A stretch of 64,000 nucleotides of DNA from a virus. Its lineage: Duplodnaviria > Caudoviricetes. The notes under the pieces were generated by a model. It searched no databases. It saw only the letters and a program-made list of their open reading frames with translations, and was not told the origin of the DNA. Shown one piece after another: positions 34,251 to 43,396 of this stretch (within the stretch, counting starts at the first letter, position 1; every line of letters begins with the position of its first letter). The position numbers and the translations under genes are program-made. The stretch is taken from the IMG/VR virus record IMGVR_UViG_3300012952_003952, positions 1 to 64,000 of that record; one strand, 5' to 3'.

Positions 34251-35354
34251 ATGCCAATAGATCCAAAAGAAGAAAACCAAGAAGAACAAGTAGACGACAC
34301 CTATATCAATGCTCCAGATGCTGGAGATGATTTTGATTTTGTCATGGCTTATGATGATGATCCAGCTGAAGCTGATGAAAGACTGCTTCCTGATAACTCT
34401 GTTAGATCTGCTATATCTTGCGGGTTTATTGGAGTAGGCGGTGGCGGTGGAAAGCTAGCAAAAGCTTTCTTAGATCTTGGGTTCAATAAAACTATTTTAG
34501 TTAACACTACTCAGAAAGATCAACCTGGCGGATTAGACCCTTCTCATTTTGTCTTGGTTCCAGGCGCAGACGGAGTAGGAAAAGATATTACTCTTGGTAA
34601 AAAAGTCCTTCAAGAAAATAGTGCTTTTGTTGAAGACGCAGTTCGAACTAGACTTGGACAAGTAGACTGGCTTTTTGTCTGCGCTGGAGGAGGGGGAGGT
34701 ACCGGAAGTGCTAGCCATGAGCTGCACGGATCTCTTAGCCGTTATCTGTCTTCTATAGAGTCTAGCGGAAAGGTTGTCTACATAGTAACAAAGCCCACTG
34801 CACAAGAGATGCTAAATCCAACTATATCTAAAAATTACAAGTCTCTTATCGAAGATGTTAAAACCGTTCCCCACATTATTATTGATAATGAAAAACAGCT
34901 ACAGTTGTTAAGAGGAAAGGTCGGAATGATGAACATGTTCCCTGCAGCTAATAAGAATTTTGCCAAACTATTGTCGCAAGTTTTAAAATTAGCTGATGAA
35001 CACACTGACATCCAAACTTTTGACACTAAAGATCTAGAAAAATGTCTAAGTACCGATGGTAGAATAGTAGTCGGCAGTACTGTAGTAAGAGACGTTACTA
35101 GAAATGATCTTGGATCTCTAGTATATCAAGGTTGCTTAAGATCATCTCCATGTCCAAAACCTACAGGAAACGCAGCTACCGGAACGCTACTGCTAGTTGT
35201 AGATGGTCACATGGCTTCTGATCCGGATGTAAGTAGAAGACTAGAGTCTGCTTTTTCTTATGTTGGAGGAAGAGCTAGCACGTTGTTCTCTGGGGTCTAT
35301 GTGAAAGAGGGAATTCCAGGCCTCATTGCAATAACAATACTTGGTGGACTATAA
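34251..35354 (+). CDS. Tubulin/FtsZ-superfamily GTPase
   Basis: IGVGGGGGK, GADGVGKD, signature GGGGGTGS and T7-like TFDTKD. Start at ATG 34251; GTG 34179 is an alternative. Confidence 0.88.
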   Translation: MPIDPKEENQEEQVDDTYINAPDAGDDFDFVMAYDDDPAEADERLLPDNSVRSAISCGFIGVGGGGGKLAKAFLDLGFNKTILVNTTQKDQPGGLDPSHFVLVPGADGVGKDITLGKKVLQENSAFVEDAVRTRLGQVDWLFVCAGGGGGTGSASHELHGSLSRYLSSIESSGKVVYIVTKPTAQEMLNPTISKNYKSLIEDVKTVPHIIIDNEKQLQLLRGKVGMMNMFPAANKNFAKLLSQVLKLADEHTDIQTFDTKDLEKCLSTDGRIVVGSTVVRDVTRNDLGSLVYQGCLRSSPCPKPTGNAATGTLLLVVDGHMASDPDVSRRLESAFSYVGGRASTLFSGVYVKEGIPGLIAITILGGL

Positions 35355-35355
35355 A

Positions 35356-35547
35356 ATGAAGATAAGATTTATAGAAGCTTTAAAAGCTAAAATGTCTACT
35401 AATGTTATAGAAGTCGAGTTAGAAGAAGAAGAGGAAATCACTGACGAAATCATAAAATCTTTGTATGAATTAAAAAATGCTTATGATTTGCCTACTGAAG
35501 AAGTAGAATATGCGGTGGCTTCTAGAAATATAAAGACTCACAATTGA
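35356..35547 (+). CDS. Small acidic hypothetical protein
   Basis: ATG 2 nt after the tubulin-like stop. Confidence 0.6.
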   Translation: MKIRFIEALKAKMSTNVIEVELEEEEEITDEIIKSLYELKNAYDLPTEEVEYAVASRNIKTHN

Positions 35548-35789
35548 TTTAAAATAGAAAGATTTTTTAGTTTTTGAAATATAGATTTTTCTATTTGGCA
35601 GATTCTCATTCTTGTCACGCTAAAAATATCTCCAATCTCTTGGAGAGTATGCGGACCTTTTTTAGACGCTATTATGGTACAATTTTGATTCTCTTTAGAC
35701 GCTATCCAGTATTTGCAGGATGACTTCTTACAATTAAAAATGTGTCTTTCACATTCTTCAAAGCATATTTTATTTTTATTTTCTGGCAT
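35538..35789 (-). CDS. Sigma70 region-4 HTH protein with Cys-rich N-terminus
   Basis: HTLQEIGDIFSVTRMRICQIEKSIFQKL. Confidence 0.8.
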   Translation of the reverse strand: MPENKNKICFEECERHIFNCKKSSCKYWIASKENQNCTIIASKKGPHTLQEIGDIFSVTRMRICQIEKSIFQKLKNLSILNQL

Positions 35790-35865
35790 TCATGAATTCC
35801 CTAGTGTCATATTTATATTAACAAACATAATAACGGGTTTGAAATATGTACAGAGGAAATATTAT

Positions 35866-37161
35866 ATGAGTACTAGAAAAATGTTAGTGATCGACACCAG
35901 CGTTTTGCTTTATGACATGAAATCCATTCATTCTTTTCCTGGAAATGATGTTGTAATACCGTTAATAGTTTTAGATGAACTAGATAGGTTTAAAGAAAAA
36001 CCTGGTCTTTTAGGTGAATCTGCCAGATATGTTAATAGATTCTTAGATAACCTCAGAGAACACGGAAAGCTTGACCAAGGTATTACCATACCAGAATCGG
36101 ACCAAACAATCAGAGTGGCGCTGAAGACTCCCAGATATGACATGCTGAATGATTGGGATCAAGACAAAGGTGATAATAGAATAATTTCTATAGCCCTTGG
36201 TTTAAAAGACGAAAATAACAACGAAGATGTGGTGGTCAAAGTAGTCACTAAAGACATTAACCTTAGGGTTAAATGTGACGCTTTAGGAATCCACGCAGAA
36301 GATTATTTTGCTGACCATATCGATATCGAAACAGAAGGAGAATATAAAGGCTGGAGAGAAATAGCTTTAATGCCTGAACAAATAGACGATTTTTATTCTT
36401 CTAGTTTTGATGTTCCAAAAGATTTAAGTTTAATAGAAAATGAATTTATAGTAGCAAAAGCTGGAAGCAGTTCTTTCATAGCTTTACATAAAGACGGAAA
36501 ATTTAATAAACTAAATTCTAAAATAGAGTCAATATCTAAAATAGAACCAAAAAACAAAGAACAAAAGTTCGCCATTGAATCTTTATTACGAGAAGATATC
36601 CCGCTTGTGACCCTTACAGGGCTGGCTGGATCTGGAAAAACATTCTTAACTTTAATGGCCGCGCTTGAAGCTAGAAATAGAGGAGATTATTCTAGAATAG
36701 TTTTTACTCGCTCTCTACAAAGCGTTGGAAAAGATATGGGATACTTACCTGGAGACTTAAAAGAAAAAATGGCTCCTTGGCTAGCCCCTATAGTAGATAA
36801 CTTTAGACACGTTTTTAAAGATGTCACATATTTCGATATGATGATAGAGCGAGGCGAAATAGAGATCGCTCCTTTATCTTACATACGGGGACGGACTTTT
36901 AATGATAGTTTTGTTATTGTAGATGAAGCTCAAAATGCAACAATTCATGAGCTTAAAACTATTATAACAAGAATAGGAACAAATTCTAAAGTGGTTCTTT
37001 TAGGAGATACAGACCAAATAGATACTCCATACATTGGAAAAAATTCTAACGGTCTTAGCATTGTAATTAATAAATTTAAAAAGAGCCCGCTTCATGCTCA
37101 CGTTCATCTTGCAAGAGGTCAGAGATCAGAACTTGCATCTGCAGCCTCTAAAATTCTATAA
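35866..37161 (+). CDS. phoH: PIN-domain PhoH-family ATPase
   Basis: PIN: VIDTSVLL, LDELDRFK and VTKDINLRVK. ATPase: GLAGSGKT, RGRTF, IVDEAQN and GDTDQID. Confidence 0.92.
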   Translation: MSTRKMLVIDTSVLLYDMKSIHSFPGNDVVIPLIVLDELDRFKEKPGLLGESARYVNRFLDNLREHGKLDQGITIPESDQTIRVALKTPRYDMLNDWDQDKGDNRIISIALGLKDENNNEDVVVKVVTKDINLRVKCDALGIHAEDYFADHIDIETEGEYKGWREIALMPEQIDDFYSSSFDVPKDLSLIENEFIVAKAGSSSFIALHKDGKFNKLNSKIESISKIEPKNKEQKFAIESLLREDIPLVTLTGLAGSGKTFLTLMAALEARNRGDYSRIVFTRSLQSVGKDMGYLPGDLKEKMAPWLAPIVDNFRHVFKDVTYFDMMIERGEIEIAPLSYIRGRTFNDSFVIVDEAQNATIHELKTIITRIGTNSKVVLLGDTDQIDTPYIGKNSNGLSIVINKFKKSPLHAHVHLARGQRSELASAASKIL

Positions 37162-37192
37162 ATGTAATAGTTATTAACTGGGAAATAAATAA

Positions 37193-37510
37193 ATGGCCAG
37201 AATCATAAATAAAAATCAACGTCGCAAAGTCTATCCTAGAGTTAGAAAAAGGCCGGTGTATGAAGATTGTGGTGGTGGTGGTGTTGATGTAGAAACTGCT
37301 ATTTTAACTTTTGCTGGAGAGAGTTCTGTAACTTATAGTTTCGTAAAAAGCTACCCCACATATTATCCAGCCGTTACGGTTGTTGCGGCAGGCAGTGACA
37401 ACAACATCAATTTATTTATTTCAAGTATCGATACAACTACAGTCACAATAAGTGCTAGCCAGCCATTTCATGGTACTGCACACTTGGTCGCTGTAGAGAG
37501 GTCAATATGA
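37193..37510 (+). CDS. Small beta-rich probable virion protein
   Basis: Paralogous to the next ORF (FAGESS, PxVxxxA, NLxxSS, VTIxAS..FxG..HL). Confidence 0.65.
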   Translation: MARIINKNQRRKVYPRVRKRPVYEDCGGGGVDVETAILTFAGESSVTYSFVKSYPTYYPAVTVVAAGSDNNINLFISSIDTTTVTISASQPFHGTAHLVAVERSI

Positions 37511-37725
37511 TAGTTGAGGGTTCGGTAATTTCTTTTGCTGGAGAATCAAGCAAAATTCATGTCTTTGCAAAAACCCACAGCTCCTCACCGGTTGTGAGTT
37601 TAACGGCTGAAGGTTCTATAGCTGATGTGAATCTTTATGTTTCGAGTGTTAGTGTAGACCAAGTTACTATTGAAGCTAGTGAAGACTTCACAGGAAATGT
37701 TCATCTTCATGCTTGGTCTTCATAA
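37507..37725 (+). CDS. Small beta-rich probable virion protein, paralogue of 37193
   Basis: Shared motifs; ATGA overlap. Confidence 0.65.
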   Translation: MIVEGSVISFAGESSKIHVFAKTHSSSPVVSLTAEGSIADVNLYVSSVSVDQVTIEASEDFTGNVHLHAWSS

Positions 37726-37774
37726 TTTTAAAGACATGTATCATATTTACTTAACAGATTAGTAAGGTAATAAA

Positions 37775-40700
37775 ATGGCATCCGATTTTAGAGCAGAAAG
37801 AACAAGAACAAACAGTATTATTTCTAGCGGCAGTTCACCAACGACTAAGCCGTTATTTTCGCTTTATCACTCCACTTCTGCGACTAACTTTACTGGTGGC
37901 ACAGCCACTGGACTTTTTGATGGTGTTGGTACTGATGTATACTCATTCTTTTCAGGATCTAAAGACCATAAAAATGTTTTAGGTTCTCGCGGGGTGACGC
38001 TATTTGGTGGAGATGTTGTAATATCTGGTACTCTTTACGCAGATAAACAAGTAATAGAAATAGACGAAACAGTAACTGGAAGCCTTACCGTTTCTGGCTC
38101 TCTTGTAGTTTCTCAAAGTATAGAAGCCGGCCAACACTTACACATAAATTCTTCTGGTGGCCCTTTTGGATACGCAAACTTTGGATCGGTAGCTTTGGCT
38201 TCTGGTTATGGTTTTAGAGCTGCTGGTGGTACGATGCAGTTCAAGAATACTGGCGGCGCATGGACCGCTATAGGAACTGGTACCGGAGGAAGCTCACTTT
38301 GGATGACAGGATCTGCCGGAGCAGTGACCGGTGGTGGAACATTACTCAACTGGGTATCTACTACTGGATCGATAGCAGTATCAGGATCTTATTTAGACCT
38401 TCACGGCTATATTCGAGAAATCGGTTACCAGACTACTAACTATCATAGGTTTAATAATAACGGGCAGAGCTTTAACGCTGAGGGTGTGAGTATGATGGAA
38501 CTATCATCACTCAGCGGTCAGAAGTTGATTCTGATAAATGCAGCTAACGCGAATGTTGATTTTCGTGTAGATTCTGCAAATAGAGACAAAGCCTTTTATG
38601 TCGATGCTGATTTAGACAGAGTTTCTATACTTTCTGGAGCTTTGAATACTGATGGAGAAGGCATTGATATTGCGTTCTTCGTATCTGGATCTAAGGGTGG
38701 AAAAGACGGAAAAGATCGAGGAGTCTCTCTCTTCGGCGGCGACTTAGTAACTTCAGGAACAGTTATTTCTAGAGGTGCTAACGGCGGCGCAATTACTGGT
38801 TCTATAACCAGAACTTCCGATGGTAAATCTTATATTGCCGCCGGCGCAAATATTACTATTACTTCTGGATCAGATGGACAGATATTAATTGCAGGCGCAG
38901 CAGGTGCAGCTCCTGAATGGACAGATGGCGGTGGCTTGACCGGTCCTCTTTACCCAGCCGGAAACAGTGGTGTACAAAATGTCGTTATTGGCGGTACAGG
39001 TTTAGCTAGCGCAGACATATTGCTTGGTAGCGCTGGGTCTGCAGAGTTTAACAAACAAGCTGGCGCCGGACAAGAATTTGTAGTTAGTACAGTTGGTAGA
39101 GGTTCTGCCATTCACGTTAAATCTTCGGATAATACCGTAGATATTCTATCCGGATCTGGGGTCACTGGTGGAGATGGCGCAGATGTTGCATTCTTCGTAT
39201 CTGGCTCTGTTTCAGGTAAAGACGGAAAAGATCGAGGAGTAGCAGTATTTGCAGGAGATCTATTAACTTCAGGAGTGCTCTACATAGAGGGAAGCAGAGA
39301 CTACCAAGGCGCGACATCAGCTGCCATAGTTTTAAATGACACACTTCACAGTCGAATAGTCTGGAACTCAGAATCTGATTCTAATACTCCAGATGCACAA
39401 ATCTGGGAGCAGAACGGAGATCTATATTTAAGCGCTTCAGATGAAATTGAATTGCAAAGCAACACTGCAACTTCCATCACCGGTTATGGTGATGTAAGGT
39501 ATGTAGCATTTTCCAGAACAGGCGGCACTCAAAGAAAAGCTATGTTCAATCCTTCGCGAAACGACGTTGACTTTGAGATTGCAAATTCTACAAACTATTA
39601 CGCCTTTAAGGTGGACGCTGCGGAAAACTGGATAAGCATTGATAAATTATCTTCTGAACCAATACCAGGTGTAGATGTTAATTTCTTCGTCTCTGGCTCT
39701 ACAACTGGAAAAGACGGAGCTGAACGTTCAGTATCTGTATTTGGCGGAGATTTAGTAACATCTGGTGTACTCTACGTAGAAGGAAATAGAGATTATCAAG
39801 GTGCAACATCTGCAGCTATTGTTTTAAACAGTGCTTTGCACAGTCGAATAGTCTGGAATTCAGAATCTGACTCCAACACTCCAGATGCACAAATTTGGGA
39901 ACAGGGCGGAAGTTTATACTTAAGCTCTTCAGATAATCTTTGGCTAGAGGCTAAAGATGCAATTCTGTTTGATGGCAATGGCGACAAGCGTTTCTTATCA
40001 ATGGACTCAGTCGGCAGTCAGTGGGGAAGTTATTTCAACATACAAAACAATGATCTAGATTTTAGAATTGGCAATACGACGCACGACAGAGCCTTTACTG
40101 TAGACGCTGCAGAAGGAACTGTAAATATTGATAGGAAAATTTCTGACGCGATCCCAGGCTCTGACGTTAACTTCTTCGTATCTGGATCGACCAAGGCAAG
40201 AGGTACTTCGACTAGGGGGGTTTCAGTATTCGGCGGAGACCTAATAATATCAGGTACTCTTTATGCTGATCGTCAAGTAATTGAGGTAGATGAAGCAGTA
40301 ACAGGAAGCCTCAGTGTATCTGGCTCTCTAGTAGTTTCTCAAAGCGCAACAGTCAACGATACAGTCACAGCATTGCTTGGTTTCTCTGGTTCACTTACTA
40401 GATTAACAGATGCAAGATCTTATATTGCCGCTGGAAGCAACATTACAGTTGCTTCTTCTTCAAATGGCCAAATTGTTATCAGCTCTACAGCTGGTGGAAC
40501 AATGTCTAGCTTCGGCCTTGTTGGAGACACTGGTAGTGCTCAATCCATTACAAATGGAAACAATTTAACGATTGCCGGTGGCACCGGTCTAATAACCACT
40601 GCTAGCGCCACGGACACCCTAACTATAGACTTAGATTACAATGGTACAGACAACTTTATAGATGCAGCTCCGAACTTAGAGGGCACCTCAATTAACGCTT

Positions 40701-43165
40701 CTGATAGTATAGTCTATCACGACCATACCGATGATAACGTTAAGAAAGGCCGGGTATCAGACTTACCATTCGCTTCTTCAGATACTACTTACACAGCTGG
40801 AGACGGCCTAGACCTTTCAGGAACTACATTTAGTACTGACTTAAAGAATGATGGCGGTCTTAAGATTGACTCTACTGAATTAGCGATAGACAATAACATT
40901 GTCGCCACCGTTTCTGGAACTTCATTCACCGGTGGAGTTAGAATAAGTTCTACTAATAATATTGCACCTCCAGTGCTTGGACTATTTGTTCAAGGAACAA
41001 TATCTGGATCTATTCACGAAACGCATGAAGGAAAATCTTACTTAGTTGCCGGTACCAACGTAACAATAGCTTCGTCCTCCAACGGTCAAGTAACAATTAG
41101 CTCTACCGCTGGTGGAACGGTTGATGGATCGGGAGTAGCAAATAGGGTCGCATATTGGTCTGACTCAGATACATTGACATCAGATGCTGACTTAACATTC
41201 GACGGAACCGACTTAGGTGTCGGTAACAAGATATTCCACGTAGGCGACGACAACACATTCATTTATTTTAACGATGATGACATAAATATCTCAGTCGGTG
41301 GCGTCAACATGGTTGACTTTACTGAGAACGCTGGATCGCAAGACGAAATAACTTTTAATGAAGCTGGTGCAGATCTTGACTTTAGAGTTGAATCAGATGA
41401 TAATCCCCACATGTTCTTTATCAATGCAAACGATAATAGAATCAGCATCGGTACTCAAGGAAATACTCCTGAAACTGTCGTTCATATTAAAGACACCTCT
41501 CCTGAAGTTAGAATACAGAGAGCCTTAAACGGACAGGACTCTACAATTAGTTTTGCTGGAGCAGCTGGAGTTCGTGGAAGCATGACCGGCCTCCAAGGCG
41601 GAACCAACGATATAGTTTTTGACACTTTTAACAGCACTACGCTGGAAGAAATAGCTAGATTTGGTGGCTTATATACCGGTGGTCCTTCCGGAAGACAAGT
41701 TATATTATTGTCCGGATCTACTATGCATGCTGGAGCAATGCAGCCTAGAGAAGCTTCTGATATCGCGTTCTTCGTGTCCGGTGCAATTAGCTCTAGAGGT
41801 TCTTCTACTTTAGGGGCCTCAGTATTTGGTGGCGATAATGTAATATCAGGAAGCTTAACAGTTCTTAACTCCGGAGTTGGTGGTGGTACTATATCTGGTT
41901 CTATTCACGAGACCGAAGATGGAATATCATATCTAATCGCAGGCACCAACGTCAGTATAGTATCTGCCTCAAATGGCCAGGTAACAATTTCTAGCACTGC
42001 CGGTGGTAGCGAATGGACGGATGGTGGATCATTCTTATACCCAACCGACAACTCTGGTGTAGAACATGTAGTTATCGGTGGAAACTCTTTAGTCAATGCT
42101 GATATCTTACTTGGAAGTGCAGGCGGCGCTGAATTTAACAAACAGCGCGCTGCAGCTTCTGATTTTACTGTTTCTACTCAAGATGACCAATACGCTCTCG
42201 TAGTTGATGGCGGCACTAATCAAGTCTGCATACACGATCCTGGGAATGCTACCCCTGGCAACTATGCAGGAGGGGAAGCTTCGTTCTATGTCTCAGGCGC
42301 AATAGGACTTTCTGGAGCTGGAGCTGGAAAAGCTATTTTTGGCGGTGACGCAGTCATAAGTGGTACTCTCCACATAAAAGGAAATTATAACTCAAGTGGA
42401 CCAAGCTCCGACGAAACCAGCTTAAGGCTTGATCATGGAATTGCTTTTGACGACGGAGACTCTTGGATATATGAGAACGGAGATGACTTATGGCTAGTAG
42501 GAAAAGTCGATACTAACTTAAGCGCTTCAGATGATATATTCATTGGATCTGGCGATACAACTTGTCTTACTACTGGTGGAAGCTTCTTAGCTAAGTCTGG
42601 TGGTGAATTAACAAATGGGTTCTTTATAACTGGTACCGACACTTGGATGCACGTTTCAGGAGCAATAGGAGGTCATTGTACATCTGGCTCAGCTGGAATT
42701 GTAAAGAGCACCGTTGCTTTCGGTGGCGATGTTGTAATATCTGGATCAATGAGAGCTAAGCAAATAGAAAATTATCGTGGCTCCTATAATAATGGTTCTA
42801 ATGCAGATCCAGATTACATCCCTCTTGGGCCCAGTGCCTCAGAGTCTTCAGTTGCTGGATATCTTCAGCATTCAGTTATGCCTTTTGCAGGAAGATTGGT
42901 GAAACTGAGTTGGAGACCAGAAAATGCACAACAAAATGCAGTTACTGCAACTGTTTTCAAGGGCGTGGACGGAAATGCCACCCCTGGTATCGGTGGAGAA
43001 TCTGTAACAGTAGCTGGTAAAGCTGGATTCAATACACACTCTTTCCACTTCCAGCAAGCTGTACATTTTAATGAAGGTGATATTTTTGCGATTGAAGTTA
43101 ATCCAGGATCTACGCCTGGAACAGTTACCTTTACAGCTACGTTTGAAATGGACATGTTCATCTAA
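37775..43165 (+). CDS. Giant repetitive tail-fibre/adhesin-like protein (1796 aa)
   Basis: Eight F(F/Y)VSG...FGGD.V.SG-type repeats; Gly/Ser/Thr-rich; internal duplications. Confidence 0.75.
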   Translation: MASDFRAERTRTNSIISSGSSPTTKPLFSLYHSTSATNFTGGTATGLFDGVGTDVYSFFSGSKDHKNVLGSRGVTLFGGDVVISGTLYADKQVIEIDETVTGSLTVSGSLVVSQSIEAGQHLHINSSGGPFGYANFGSVALASGYGFRAAGGTMQFKNTGGAWTAIGTGTGGSSLWMTGSAGAVTGGGTLLNWVSTTGSIAVSGSYLDLHGYIREIGYQTTNYHRFNNNGQSFNAEGVSMMELSSLSGQKLILINAANANVDFRVDSANRDKAFYVDADLDRVSILSGALNTDGEGIDIAFFVSGSKGGKDGKDRGVSLFGGDLVTSGTVISRGANGGAITGSITRTSDGKSYIAAGANITITSGSDGQILIAGAAGAAPEWTDGGGLTGPLYPAGNSGVQNVVIGGTGLASADILLGSAGSAEFNKQAGAGQEFVVSTVGRGSAIHVKSSDNTVDILSGSGVTGGDGADVAFFVSGSVSGKDGKDRGVAVFAGDLLTSGVLYIEGSRDYQGATSAAIVLNDTLHSRIVWNSESDSNTPDAQIWEQNGDLYLSASDEIELQSNTATSITGYGDVRYVAFSRTGGTQRKAMFNPSRNDVDFEIANSTNYYAFKVDAAENWISIDKLSSEPIPGVDVNFFVSGSTTGKDGAERSVSVFGGDLVTSGVLYVEGNRDYQGATSAAIVLNSALHSRIVWNSESDSNTPDAQIWEQGGSLYLSSSDNLWLEAKDAILFDGNGDKRFLSMDSVGSQWGSYFNIQNNDLDFRIGNTTHDRAFTVDAAEGTVNIDRKISDAIPGSDVNFFVSGSTKARGTSTRGVSVFGGDLIISGTLYADRQVIEVDEAVTGSLSVSGSLVVSQSATVNDTVTALLGFSGSLTRLTDARSYIAAGSNITVASSSNGQIVISSTAGGTMSSFGLVGDTGSAQSITNGNNLTIAGGTGLITTASATDTLTIDLDYNGTDNFIDAAPNLEGTSINASDSIVYHDHTDDNVKKGRVSDLPFASSDTTYTAGDGLDLSGTTFSTDLKNDGGLKIDSTELAIDNNIVATVSGTSFTGGVRISSTNNIAPPVLGLFVQGTISGSIHETHEGKSYLVAGTNVTIASSSNGQVTISSTAGGTVDGSGVANRVAYWSDSDTLTSDADLTFDGTDLGVGNKIFHVGDDNTFIYFNDDDINISVGGVNMVDFTENAGSQDEITFNEAGADLDFRVESDDNPHMFFINANDNRISIGTQGNTPETVVHIKDTSPEVRIQRALNGQDSTISFAGAAGVRGSMTGLQGGTNDIVFDTFNSTTLEEIARFGGLYTGGPSGRQVILLSGSTMHAGAMQPREASDIAFFVSGAISSRGSSTLGASVFGGDNVISGSLTVLNSGVGGGTISGSIHETEDGISYLIAGTNVSIVSASNGQVTISSTAGGSEWTDGGSFLYPTDNSGVEHVVIGGNSLVNADILLGSAGGAEFNKQRAAASDFTVSTQDDQYALVVDGGTNQVCIHDPGNATPGNYAGGEASFYVSGAIGLSGAGAGKAIFGGDAVISGTLHIKGNYNSSGPSSDETSLRLDHGIAFDDGDSWIYENGDDLWLVGKVDTNLSASDDIFIGSGDTTCLTTGGSFLAKSGGELTNGFFITGTDTWMHVSGAIGGHCTSGSAGIVKSTVAFGGDVVISGSMRAKQIENYRGSYNNGSNADPDYIPLGPSASESSVAGYLQHSVMPFAGRLVKLSWRPENAQQNAVTATVFKGVDGNATPGIGGESVTVAGKAGFNTHSFHFQQAVHFNEGDIFAIEVNPGSTPGTVTFTATFEMDMFI

Positions 43166-43240
43166 TACAGAACAGATAATCTGTAATCTACAGTCTATAA
43201 TATAAAGAATAAAGAATATATTCTACAGTTATAGATTAAT

Positions 43241-43282
43241 CAGTATCAGTATCAGTCAGTATCAGTAATTCAGTAGAACAGT
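43241..43282 (+). repeat. CAGT/ATCAGT short repeat cluster in an AT-rich intergenic region
   Basis: CAGT at 43241, 43247, 43253, 43257, 43263, 43271 and 43279. Confidence 0.8.
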
Positions 43283-43396
43283 ATTATAGTACTACAAAAA
43301 AAGACTATTGTACATTATTTTTTTTCTAAATAGTTTTCTATTATCAGCACAGTTATCAGTAAGTGCTCAAGTAGAATAAATCTAGAAGGAAAATTA

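Larger units (their letters stand above)
1736..37749. promoter_or_regulatory. Recurring ATANTTA motif shortly upstream of start codons (candidate late promoter)
   Basis: Plus strand at 7512, 8065, 8901, 14957, 18073, 18329, 34140, 35809, 37167 and 37743; minus strand at 1736, 20077 and 22122. Confidence 0.45.

Noticed and set aside
34179-35354. Call as canonical ftsZ, or as proof of a phage nucleus
   Set aside because: It lacks the C-terminal core peptide and division-cluster neighbours, and no chimallin-like gene is recognisable in the window.
37775-43165. Diversity-generating retroelement acting on fibre duplications
   Set aside because: There is no reverse transcriptase, and the duplicated blocks are both in-frame and internal, with differences not confined to adenines.
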